Shown: positions 9,674-19,959 of the stretch, one piece after another
Position numbering within the stretch: the stretch's first letter is position 1
Layout of the letters: every line of letters begins with the position of its first letter
IMG/VR virus record: IMGVR_UViG_3300014204_000004
Coordinates: 39,710-103,709 of that record
Strand: one strand, 5' to 3'
Source of the DNA: a virus
Taxonomy: Duplodnaviria; Caudoviricetes
DNA: 64,000 nt
Notes under the pieces: model-generated
Told to the model about the DNA's origin: nothing
What the model saw: only the letters and a program-made list of their open reading frames with translations
The model's database searches: none
Position numbers and translations under genes: made by a program

Positions 9674-10087
9674 TCACGCGTGTCTTCTTCTCACGCGTGT
9701 CTTCTTCTCAGGCACAGGCTCTTCTTCTACCACAGGTTCAAAAACAGGCTCTTCTTCAACAACAGGCTCTTCAACAACAGGCTCTTCGTCAACTGCAGGT
9801 ACTTCCTCTTCGACTGGTTCAGATTCTTCCTCTTCGATTGGTTGTTTAGATTCTTTCTCTTCGACTTCTTTGAATCGTATCTGAGGTGCATATCCCGGCA
9901 TATTGTGCGTGTCTTTGGTCCACAACTTGCAGATGTTCTCTGCTACTTCTACCGCCTCTGCTTTGTCCTCGAAGTGTTTGTACTCTTTGAGGTAGCAGGC
10001 AGGTAGCATATCGATGGAAGGTTCGCTGTTTGTTACCTCTACTATTCTCAACCCGCCAGTTTTGTACTGTCTTGTTACTGTCCACAT
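9674..10087 (-). CDS. hypothetical protein with acidic EEEPV repeats
   Basis: AGGAGG RBS; repeated (E)EEPV(V) followed by a basic tail. Confidence 0.65.
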   Translation of the reverse strand: MWTVTRQYKTGGLRIVEVTNSEPSIDMLPACYLKEYKHFEDKAEAVEVAENICKLWTKDTHNMPGYAPQIRFKEVEEKESKQPIEEEESEPVEEEVPAVDEEPVVEEPVVEEEPVFEPVVEEEPVPEKKTRVRRRHA

Positions 10088-10102
10088 ACTTTCCTCCTAT
10101 GA

Positions 10103-10150
10103 TAGAATTATTAGGCGACGTTGATAAGAACCGCCGCCTAAAAAATTCTA
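10103..10150 (-). other. long RNA hairpin closing the pentamer array (3' end or processing signal)
   Basis: TAGAATTTTTTAGGCGGCG ... CGTCGCCTAATAATTCTA; one stem position is G.U on the - strand but an A-C mismatch on the + strand. Confidence 0.65.
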
Positions 10151-10171
10151 CAACATAGCGTAGATAAAAGC

Positions 10172-10913
10172 AAACTGAACAGTAAGTGACCTAGGTTAGC
10201 TCTGCCTAAACAGTGCGTTACGACCGGGACTGTGCAAAACCACAACAAAGCCCTGCCCTACTCTACCTGCACTATACATTAGCGCACTTTACTTTACCCC
10301 TCACTTTGCTCAACCAAACTTTACTGTCGCCTCGCACTTACTTAACTCTGCGATGAGACACCTTACCCTTGCCGTACATAACCGAGCTTTGCTCACACAG
10401 TACAGTGCTAAACCACACCATGACATTACTTTACAGCACCTTGCGACACCTTCACAGTACCAGAACAGCATATAACACTGCGGTGCCATACCTAAACTTC
10501 ACTTAAGTGCGCTCCGCTTTTACATTACAACACAAAACTATACTCATACATCAGTATACTGAACCATACCTGCACGATATATAACTAAACAATGCCGTAC
10601 CAACGCCTTACGTGACAGTGCTGTGCCATTACCATACATCATCAAACAATGCAGTACCTTCGCCTTCACGTAACATCTCTATACGATGCAAAACCACCAC
10701 GCAACACTGCCGTGCAATACCATAACTGAACCATCCATACAATACCTTTACGTGACATCTCTATACGATGCAATTACTTTACGTATCTATACAGTGCCTC
10801 TGCGATACTATTCTTTACCCTTACCACAAGAAACTGTGCAATACCAACGCTATGCTATGCTACGCCTTTACGAAACATTGGGTAGTATAACCATACCTTT
10901 ACTTCACTTTACG
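10172..10913 (-). ncRNA. putative guide-RNA array of NGY-NN pentamers in mostly 26/31-nt blocks
   Basis: About 740 nt with GT/GC nearly every 5 nt on the - strand (e.g. GGCAC AGCAC TGTCA CGTAA GGCGTT, 10627-10602); starts about 20 nt after the Cas7-like stop; no credible ORF. Confidence 0.75.
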
Positions 10914-10932
10914 GTGTCGAGCTTGCGCTAGA

Positions 10933-11583
10933 CTATGCTGTGAGCCTTTCTTTGACAGGCTCGATGGCGAGTACCTCGAAGCGGCCGTAACCGCCGTTTC
11001 TGAACTGACCAAGACCAGCAAGCTCACCATAACTTAGCAACTCGATGAGCATGTCCCAGGTTATCTCTTTGTTCTTGAGAAGTTTGATGGTGAAGCCGAG
11101 TATCAGACCTGCGTTGACATAATCACTACGTGCCAGTGTTACACGCGGGCCCTGAGGTGTCATAACGCGAAGAGGTCTTTCTATGTAGCCGTCAGGCTGG
11201 CTACAGCCGAGGTAGATGCGACGAGGTGTGACGAACACGTACTTGTCTACCTTGCCACGTATACCCTTCATCTTCTCCATTGTGGCGGGTTTGCCTTTCT
11301 TTTCTTTCTCGACCAGAAAGGTCTGCTGAAGAACTTCGCCGGCATTCTTGAGAAATCCGCGAATCATGTAGTCATATATGAAAAGCCGGTCGGTTTCTTT
11401 CTCTCTGTGAAACCCCGTCCAGCCCTTTTCCTCTGTCTTGTCTACTGTCGCGCTCTCGTCTTCTTCGATATTGGCAGGCTTCTTCGACTCGATGTAGGTC
11501 TTGTAAACTTCTGGGTCTTTTGATACTGTGCCGAGCATCTCTGTTACTAACTGAATATTTACCATGCGTTCATCAAAAATCAT
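10933..11583 (-). CDS. stand-alone Cas7/RAMP-like RNA-binding protein
   Basis: N-terminal strand VNIQLVTEMLG, helix IYDYMIRGFLKNA (cf. IPGSSLKGALR) and C-terminal Gly-rich loop GLGQFRNGGYGRF. Confidence 0.8.
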   Translation of the reverse strand: MIFDERMVNIQLVTEMLGTVSKDPEVYKTYIESKKPANIEEDESATVDKTEEKGWTGFHREKETDRLFIYDYMIRGFLKNAGEVLQQTFLVEKEKKGKPATMEKMKGIRGKVDKYVFVTPRRIYLGCSQPDGYIERPLRVMTPQGPRVTLARSDYVNAGLILGFTIKLLKNKEITWDMLIELLSYGELAGLGQFRNGGYGRFEVLAIEPVKERLTA

Positions 11584-11635
11584 TCGCCACCCCTTTTAGT
11601 ATTTTTATTTTTTGACACGTGGTACCACCACAGCC

Positions 11636-11955
11636 AGTAAAGACTTTACCTCACCTCCTTAACGATTACACTACAACACAATACCGTAACTACTCTGTGC
11701 ATAACCTCAGCAGAACATCGCATTGCCAAAACTGTGCCTTGCTATTCATTACCTTAGCCGAACTGTTACTTAACCTTCACTTTACTTTATCCACTAAACA
11801 TAACAAAAGGAGAAAACAAACGCTCTCACTTTACCGCTAGTGAATAACTTTGCAAGAGGAGAATTACGAACACCATTACACTACCAAACTTTACAATGGA
11901 GGTGTTGATATGAAAAACTAAACAGGCGATACTGTTACTTTGCTCTCCTCTTGCA
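11636..11955 (-). ncRNA. second NGY-NN pentamer array upstream of the Cas7-like gene
   Basis: Blocks GGTAA TGAAT AGCAA GGCAC AGTTTT / GGCAA TGCGA TGTTC TGCTGA / GGTTA TGCAC AGAGT AGTTAC / GGTAT TGTGT TGTAG TGTAAT (11753-11665); 12-bp inverted repeat at 11851-11862 and 11944-11955. Confidence 0.65.
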
Positions 11956-11974
11956 TTATGTATTACACATCATA

Positions 11975-13324
11975 CTACAACTCAGGCTTATCATCAATGT
12001 TCATGTTCAGAGCATAAGCCTTGAGCAGACCCTCGTGCGTCAGTACCTTTTCGGCAGGTACAACCTCTGTACGATAGCCGTCGGGATAGTGGTCGAGATA
12101 TGATTCTTTGGCGTAGAAGGTCAGACCCATCTCGTTGGTTACAACTCCTTTCTTCAGTACAGCGCCGTCTTCGGCCATAGCGTAGACGAATGTTGGGTAC
12201 GCGGTACGCATCGGGAAGATGTACACTACAGGCTTGTCAACGTCAGTGGTGTCAAGGTCAGGTAGCAAATCGTTCTTGGAAAAGAAATTCTTGAACTCTT
12301 TCTCACTCATGGTAATACCCTCAGGTGTTGTAGCAGGCACACGTTTAGGTGCTTGCTTCACCGGTTTGTTGAGAGCAAATAGCCTGTTCATGTGCACCTC
12401 ATCCCATATCATGGAATACATGTTTCGCTCTCCGGGCACACACTTGATGCCAAGTTTATCGCTAAGTATGTGCGCTAAATCTGCGAGTGAACCTTGAAGA
12501 ACGTGCGTTGGCGATACCATTTCGTTGTACCGTCTTCTTATCCAGAACAGACGCAACATGCCGCCCTTTACTTTCTTTTCTCTGTGTAGCTTGTACATGG
12601 TTTTGATAAGAGCAGACTCAAGCTGGTCAGACAGTGATAGTGGTACTGGTGGCTCAGCGACAGGATTGAGATTCAGAAATTGGTCGGTAACGTCGGTTGT
12701 TTTGCCGTTCGATGTTACGTGTAACAATTTCAATAGAGGAATCTCTTTCTTGCTGAGAACTTTGAAGCATATGATTCTGCCAGTAGGCTTTGTCACCTTG
12801 CTAAAGATGTGAGGCAAGATTCTGCACAGAGCATTAAGGTGATTACTGCATTGGCCGTACTTCTCTTTGCTTGCAATAATCACATCATCGGTAGTGAAGG
12901 TTTCAACGCGCAGTGCCAGATTGAATATGGCATTCAGAAGGTTCGCGGTCTGTGTCAAACTGCTGGGCTTGTTTGTTGGTATGATGATGCTGTCGCCGTT
13001 GACAAGTTTCAATCTATTTGATGTTGGTCTCTTGCTATCTTTATCGCCATTGTTTCTGTACTTCTCGAACGTCTCGTAACGTAGCGGCTTGATGTGTTCA
13101 GAGACCATCATTATGTATTCTGTACGTGAGCCTACGCCGAAGGCCTTCACGACGTGCGGATATAGTCGTACATACTCCTTCAGTATGTCTGATATGTACG
13201 ATGCACTGACCTTAAGCTGTTTGGCTATTTTGTAAGGATTGAATGTCTCGCTAACTGACGAGCATGTAGCCAATGATTCGTGTATGTATCGCACGACCTT
13301 GTTGAACTTTGGTGATGTTGACAT
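11975..13324 (-). CDS. multi-domain winged-helix-like DNA-binding protein
   Basis: PYKIAKQLKVSASYISDILKEY HTH-like motif plus a second HTH-like unit; paralogous to 13355-14215. Confidence 0.55.
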   Translation of the reverse strand: MSTSPKFNKVVRYIHESLATCSSVSETFNPYKIAKQLKVSASYISDILKEYVRLYPHVVKAFGVGSRTEYIMMVSEHIKPLRYETFEKYRNNGDKDSKRPTSNRLKLVNGDSIIIPTNKPSSLTQTANLLNAIFNLALRVETFTTDDVIIASKEKYGQCSNHLNALCRILPHIFSKVTKPTGRIICFKVLSKKEIPLLKLLHVTSNGKTTDVTDQFLNLNPVAEPPVPLSLSDQLESALIKTMYKLHREKKVKGGMLRLFWIRRRYNEMVSPTHVLQGSLADLAHILSDKLGIKCVPGERNMYSMIWDEVHMNRLFALNKPVKQAPKRVPATTPEGITMSEKEFKNFFSKNDLLPDLDTTDVDKPVVYIFPMRTAYPTFVYAMAEDGAVLKKGVVTNEMGLTFYAKESYLDHYPDGYRTEVVPAEKVLTHEGLLKAYALNMNIDDKPEL

Positions 13325-13354
13325 AGTAACTTCCTCCTTGTTATTTTGTGACAG

Positions 13355-14215
13355 TCAGCTACCTTGTGATTCTTCCCATCGTATCTTCAACTCTTCCTTA
13401 TGCTCGTCTGCAAGAATAAGAAAAGAGTCAGCAATCTCTTCAGCCGCCATACGACCACGAACAATCTGTACCTCGGCTGATATGAGTCTCATTACTTTGT
13501 CTTTAAGAGTGAGAGGTCTCTCGTTGGTGCGCTTCTCAACTCTTTCGCCGTTGGGTTCTTGCTTGAGCAGTGCGTTCTTAAGGCCCCGTATGACATCATT
13601 CGGCATGTTGATAGCATCAGATGTGTCACCACGCATAATGGGAAACATTCTTCGCAACGCTGAGAAGAACTCTTTTACTGTGGTCTCACCAAGATGAGTG
13701 GTCGTGGTTACATCTGAGACCGTCACGCGGTTGTTTTCTTCGGCTATCTCCAAGAAGGCATCACGCATGCGCTCGATGTTAGCAAAGGCGGCAGGCGTAT
13801 TGGTTGGCACATGAATGATGACTCGTCCTCTGTGCTGTATTGAATACAGTCTGTTGGGTACGCTTGTCTTGTTGCCAGGCGTATCGAGTTCACTGTTGTG
13901 TGCCGCACGATACTGGTCATAGTCAGGCCATCTTACCTCTTGTGGCTTGAAACATCTGAACTTCACACCCTGCCCGAACATGGCAATTCTTTTGAAGATG
14001 CCTCTGTTCATGTCATGCAGTGTTTGGCAAATGTCGGTCACGTAGGTTTTGCTGGCGTCTGTATTGTCGACCACGCTGTTGACATGTATGGTGGTGGTAA
14101 TTCTTCGCGTGCCGATTAGCTCATTCTTAATATGACTGATTACTTTGTTGTATACTTCTAATCCCTCACTCATCTTTCTCCTCCTCTTCTTCGTAATGAT
14201 GACCACGATGTTCAA
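13355..14215 (-). CDS. winged-helix-like protein, paralog of the downstream gene
   Basis: Shared NKV..., Y(V/I).DI, NRL...PTN.P and T.xDV motifs. Confidence 0.5.
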   Translation of the reverse strand: MNIVVIITKKRRRKMSEGLEVYNKVISHIKNELIGTRRITTTIHVNSVVDNTDASKTYVTDICQTLHDMNRGIFKRIAMFGQGVKFRCFKPQEVRWPDYDQYRAAHNSELDTPGNKTSVPNRLYSIQHRGRVIIHVPTNTPAAFANIERMRDAFLEIAEENNRVTVSDVTTTTHLGETTVKEFFSALRRMFPIMRGDTSDAINMPNDVIRGLKNALLKQEPNGERVEKRTNERPLTLKDKVMRLISAEVQIVRGRMAAEEIADSFLILADEHKEELKIRWEESQGS

Positions 14216-14816
14216 GCATATACAATGAGGAACTGATATGCTTATCGAACACGTTGCCTATTTTGTGGGTTAAACACCCGCACTTGAACACATCGCCATT
14301 AGGCACCACGAACAGTTCGTCACATCTGCAACCTTCTGTGGCTTCTGGTAGCTCAACAGCCCTGCCACATTTCTTTATGTTGCCACTGACATCACGTATC
14401 TCTCGAAAGTCGTTATCAGACTGACCATAATTGAACGCAGTCTTCTTCGGTCTTTCAAATGCCTTTGAGACCTCTGGGTCTATGGGTTCATGGTACACAT
14501 CGAGCGACAGGCACACAGACAGTATTCCATGTCGAGCAATGTTGGCAAGTCTTAAAGCCTCCTTCTTATTCTTGCCGTTAGTAGCGAGCCATATAGGACC
14601 TTCAGGTGTTCTGCCCTGAGCTATACCCACCATCTGCCAGAACTTAGGATGTATAGTTGGCTCACCACCACCGATAGATATATACTCACCGCCGTCTTCA
14701 GCAAGGTCACATGCCTTCGTGAAGGTCTTCAGACTCATGTCCTCGCCTACATCGGTACAAGCAAAGCAACAGTGAGCACATCGCATATTGCACCGCGTGG
14801 TTATCTGTATATACAT
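14166..14816 (-). CDS. radical SAM protein
   Basis: CNMRCAHC (CxxxCxxC), GGGEPTIHP, ATNG and SLD motifs; twitch-like C..LFV.PNGDVFKC. Confidence 0.92.
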   Translation of the reverse strand: MYIQITTRCNMRCAHCCFACTDVGEDMSLKTFTKACDLAEDGGEYISIGGGEPTIHPKFWQMVGIAQGRTPEGPIWLATNGKNKKEALRLANIARHGILSVCLSLDVYHEPIDPEVSKAFERPKKTAFNYGQSDNDFREIRDVSGNIKKCGRAVELPEATEGCRCDELFVVPNGDVFKCGCLTHKIGNVFDKHISSSLYMLEHRGHHYEEEEEKDE

Positions 14817-14825
14817 TCTCTCACC

Positions 14826-17800
14826 TCATAGAAGCTCAGATAGCGTGTCAGATATACGCACCATCAGCTTTTCATCCTCGTATATTTCCTTGCTGAAGGG
14901 TATCTCTTTGTCATCGACCAGTATTGACTCGATATCAAACTCTTCGATGAAGTCGTGCCCTCTATCAAAGCCTCTTGCACCGTGACATTCGTAGTGACCT
15001 ATGCCGTCGTTGCCAACGAGCACGTCTTTGAGAATGAAAGTAACGTTGGTGTATGTCTTACTCTCTAACATCACCTCGTCAAGAGTAACAGACGCGGTGC
15101 CAAACTCAATGTTTAATTCAGCGGCTTGCACCATAGTTTCGTTTACCTCCTATCTTGGAGTTCTTCTGCCAATCTCTTGGGTAGCTTGCAGAAATACGAA
15201 CCGTCTCTGTTGTGGTACACATCGCAACCTTCACGCACACTTACTGGTATAGGTGGCAATGCTGTTGTGTCCTCAAGATAGAGAAAGTTGCCATCGATTG
15301 AGGCAATCTTGAAACACTTCTCTACTATGTTAGGGTTCTCAAGATTGTCTGCAGGCCGCGTGCCTTTGAAGTAGCATATGTAGTCACCAACACTGACAGG
15401 TACAAGAGCCTGTGTGTGATGACATGCAAGGTCACCTCTGTCACGCACGAAGATAGCGGTCTTGAGTCTGAGATTCTTCTTATCAAGCACAAAGCGAGAG
15501 GTGAAGGTGTTCTTATATGCACCACCACCAACCCCCAATACGGGACGTCCTGTTCTGCTGAGAGATACAGTCAAACATTCTTGGTTCATTTCAAAACCTC
15601 CGATTGTTGATAATATAAAGTTTAATACTTTTTCTGTTACAAGTCAAGAGCTATTTTTCTTAATAATTTCAAGAGCTTTTGTATGACACCGTTACCCGAA
15701 CACGCGCCTCTTCTTTCATGGTTTTGCAGTCAAACAACAGTATCATCAGTCACCTCTTCTTTGTAACATGCGTCACCACCTATCTTCTTGAACTCAGGGC
15801 ATGCGCCGTCTTCGTTATCTTGACATTGAACACCGCAGAATCGGCGAGGTGTATGTTCATCAATCATGGTGACGTTGTTCTCACACTCGATGCAGAGGTC
15901 GCTATCCTGACCACTGTACTCAATCCAAATAGTTTTCATAGTTTTCTCCTTATGCTGTGGTGAATGGCATTCTCTGCATACCCAAGACTATTGCCACGTT
16001 ATGTGCCACACAGAAATGCTTTACCTGTTCCCACTGTATATTTGTACCAACGTCGTGGGTGCTGGGTATATCTGACATGAGGTACAATACATCGCCTATT
16101 AAACGAAACTCAATTACACCTTTCAGTCCTGGTTCCAATGTTAGTTACCTCCCCACTCTTATGACTCTGTACCTGAAATTATCTTTGCCTTTGCTTATGC
16201 TTCTGGCACAGAACTCTGCGTCCTCGTATGAGTCGAAGACAAAAGGCTTCAACTCGCCTATCTGACCGAAGAGGCACGCTTCTTCTGGATAATCTTTGTC
16301 CCAGTAAACGAGCAGACACTTCATAGGAAAGGCAGGCATCTCTGTTACATCATCTGTGTCGAGGTGCACCCAGGAGCATACACCTTTATTGTCTATCACA
16401 TCGAATATCTTTGCGCCTTCGTTAAAGGCATTGATTGCTTGCTTGGCGGCTGCTTTTGGCGTGGTGGCTGATACTAATACTTCCCAAAGAACTTTGAACA
16501 GCTTAATTGACTTTGAACCTTGCGTTTCAGAGTTTGCCATTTCGTTGCCTCCTGTGTGTGACATAATTTTGTAGCTAAATAAGCGTACTTGTTTGGGCAA
16601 AATAAGGAGCAGTGCTTATTTTTCGAGCCTCGTTCATGTATCGAAGTCGTCACCTCTGGTTCTGCTAATCAATCTTAAGAGTGAAATGAATACTTTCTTT
16701 CGTTCTTATCCCATACTGCGCCGATGGTGTACTTCTTATCAGTACCTTCTGCTTCGTAGTGTGCCATCATGTCGTCGCCTGCCTCGTAGATATGCACCTT
16801 GTTGTAAAATACGATACCCCATGTGCTGAGGTAACCGATTGCCATGAACGCCTCTTTCGTATCAGGCAGGCGTTCGAGGTCTACACTTAACTCAATCGTT
16901 CTTTTTGGCATCGTTCTTCCCCCTTACTTTACGTAAACCGATTTCCATAGCCACGTTCATCTCCACCGACCTTGTTGCATACTCGCCGAGGCAGAATACG
17001 TTGAAGTACATATCGAGTACGGTACGTACCTCGTTGTCATCTTTGTCAATCTCAACCTCGCCATTCTCATCGATAGCACCTTCAAAGCCAGTCTCAAGCA
17101 TTTCTTGTGCCTTTTGAATGTGCTCGTCGGTCACTGTCTTGTAATGGAAGGACTCGAGCCACTCTTTCGTCATCTTGTAGTTCTCGTCATCGCCAGTATC
17201 AGGCTTAACGTAGTCTTTGTACCTCTTGACAGCATCGACTGCCATCTTGAACTTGTCTGGAAGGAACTCTAAGAGCTTGACGCCGTCCACCAGATTGTCT
17301 TCTGCGTACTCACCTTGAGAGTCTGCCAGTTTAGCAAGCACTGTCTCAGCAGACTCGGCCTCAAATATGTACCACATGGCTTCAAAGTTGCTCATGACCC
17401 ACGCTACAAATTTTTTCATACTACCTCCTTAGCATTTGTTTATCGAATGACACCGGAATGTATCTCACATAGTCAGCATAGAATTTTCCAGGTGCCGCTC
17501 CACGTATCTTGGCTAACTCTGCCGCCGCCTCTGGATGTGAATCACGTTTTTGAAAGCAGAGCCACACACGGCAGGACAGTAGCTTTATGGTACAACCTGT
17601 CTCCTTGTTGAGATACTCACACCCTTTACAGCACCAGTGAGTATCACAATCTTTGCATGGGTTATACTTCTTCAGCACCGCTGTCGCCATGTCGTACATT
17701 TTAAAATAATAGAAGAGCGAATCGTATAGAGGCATTACGAACCCACCTCTGTTTCGATGTACCACATATCGTCTTTAGTATAAGACAACGTGGTGACACG

Positions 17801-19959
17801 ACCGCCTCTGAACTCATCACCTCGTGAAAGCTTCTGACCTGGTAGTGAGAGCATTTGCTTGGTGCTTATGCAGTATTGTCTGAACAGACGACCGTTGAAT
17901 ACCTTTTCAAGAACTTCTTTTGTCACTGCGTAGATGACGCCCTCTTGTGCCTCGATATCGACCACCGTCGCATCGATTGTCTCTGCTGAGGCGTTAGCCA
18001 GAAGACGCATGAGATGTTCAAGTGCCACAAAACTCATTGCCTCCTGACCCTGCAGTATCAGGTGTATTCTGTTCTTGGTTGTTGGGCTTGAGAACTGAGC
18101 CACCACGACCTTGATACCCTGGAAAGGATTGAGCATCATTCTGCCGAGAAACTGTACCAGTTCGTTGTTGCTTTCTTCCTGCTCGAACCCGTACGGCATG
18201 ACTGCCATGAGATGCACGTCTTTTACATTGCTCATGTTAAAACCTCCTTCTCAGTATATTCAGTAACCACCAATAGACAGTCATCTTTGTACTCCATTAC
18301 TTTGCCTGTCACTTTCTCGTATATCTCAGCGATATACTCGCCAGTTGTCTGTGCAAGCACCTCTTTTATCTCTTCGATTGCCTCGTCACAGGTCATGGTT
18401 CTTGTCGAGAACATTGTGCGAACCTCCTTTTTGACACGCTTGCAGTCGGGGTCTACCAGACCGACAGGCTTGTCGATATGCTTGTCGAGCAGTGCCTTAA
18501 AGTCACGTCTGAAATTGTTCTGGTCACTGAGCAGTTCGTTCAGAATATACTGTACCTCGTTGGCTTGAAAGTCGTTGGCATCTGTGACGTGTGAGTCCAG
18601 ATACTCTACTGCAAACTCTCTGAGCATACTTGACTCAATGAGGTAATCGTAAATAGCGGCCTTGGTTATGTCTCTCATCTTTGGCATTGAACTTCCTCCT
18701 TATTTATGTGTGACTATGAAAAGTAATCCACCCAGGGCGAGACCTATATTAGAACTCAACCCACCGTATAACGCACCCATCACCGGTGTAGTATCAGCAG
18801 GTGCAATAAGCACAGTGATGGCACCACAGATACAGGCTCCGGCAATCATGTACGCATAAAGCTTAAGCATTGTCCTTGACCTCTTCTTTAGGGCACTTGT
18901 TGTCACCTGTCATGAAGCAGTAGCCGTTTATCTTCTTATCTGTAGCACCAACATAGAAGCCTACGTATGGGCAGTCGAATGTGTCAGCGTCTTTCTCGGT
19001 ACAGGGTACTGGTAACTTAGGACATATCATCATGGCTACGCCACCCTGTGAGAACGATGCTTCTCACCGCATTTGGGGCACTTGAATGTCAGCACGTCAC
19101 GACCTATATAATCCTCTTCTATGTTGAGCACCTCAACCTCGCGCTCGTCAATCCATTCTTTGGTGCATGACAGCAACACTTGTACTGGAGCATAATAACG
19201 TGCCATTTAGCACCCCCTTATATCTGATATGCCAGTCAGTGTGTAGTTGTCCTCCCATTTACACTCACAATCGAGGCACACGCAAGCCAAGGTAACAGCG
19301 CCAGACTTGATGACAGGCAAACCGTAGTCTGTTACTGCATCTGTACGACCACAGAAGGGGCAGACTAGACCTCCTGCTTTGAGGTACTCTTTCTTCTGTT
19401 CCTCCGAGAGAGGCAGCCTCACCCATTGAAGATTGAACTCGTTCTTGGGCAGGTGAATCTTGCTCTTTTCAGCATACGCAAATTTTTTGGCAGGGGAACT
19501 ATCACTAGTCCAGCCCTTCTCTTGCGACCAATATAACACGTCTTTGCCTTCTTGCTTTCTGGCTATGACCCACATCTTGTTCCTCCTTATTGATTCTTAC
19601 GGGTTGAGCTTTCTGTTTATGTAGTCGAGCCTGAACCTGAACGCATCGTTCTCGTGCTGAAAGTAGGCGAAGATACCGCCGAACTCATCAGACGACACCG
19701 CGTACCAGTCTTTAGGACCAATATCATTGTGCCACTGACCCGGTGCATGTACCGTTACATTGTCAAGCAAGTCAAAGAGGTCATCTATCTCAACCTCTTC
19801 GAGTTCATAGTCATAGTAGCGTGACTTAGGGAAGGCATGGTCTTGAAAGAACAGTGTGTACAGTTTTTTGTCACCACTGACCTCCAGCTTAACCATCTTA
19901 CCCAGCTTGTTATAATGAGGTGTGCTTGGTACTCTAACGCGATACATTTTCTTCGGCAT
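14826..19959 (-). other. cluster of about 14 small hypothetical phage genes, several Cys-rich
   Basis: Tightly packed - strand ORFs with GGAGG-type RBSs (14826, 15143, 15730, 15950, 16145, 16675, 16892, 17421, 17735, 18232, 18700, 19207, 19597). Confidence 0.7.
15619..15647 (-). promoter_or_regulatory. sigma70-like promoter
   Basis: TTGACT-17nt-TAAACT. Confidence 0.55.

Noticed and set aside
10172-10913. Canonical CRISPR array or simple microsatellite
   Set aside because: No identical direct repeats separated by spacers; only the GY dinucleotide is constant, so it is not a slipped-strand satellite either
10686-10931. + strand 81-aa ORF (and 11619-11840)
   Set aside because: Antisense shadows of the pentamer arrays; no convincing RBS, wrong strand for this arm, low-complexity translation
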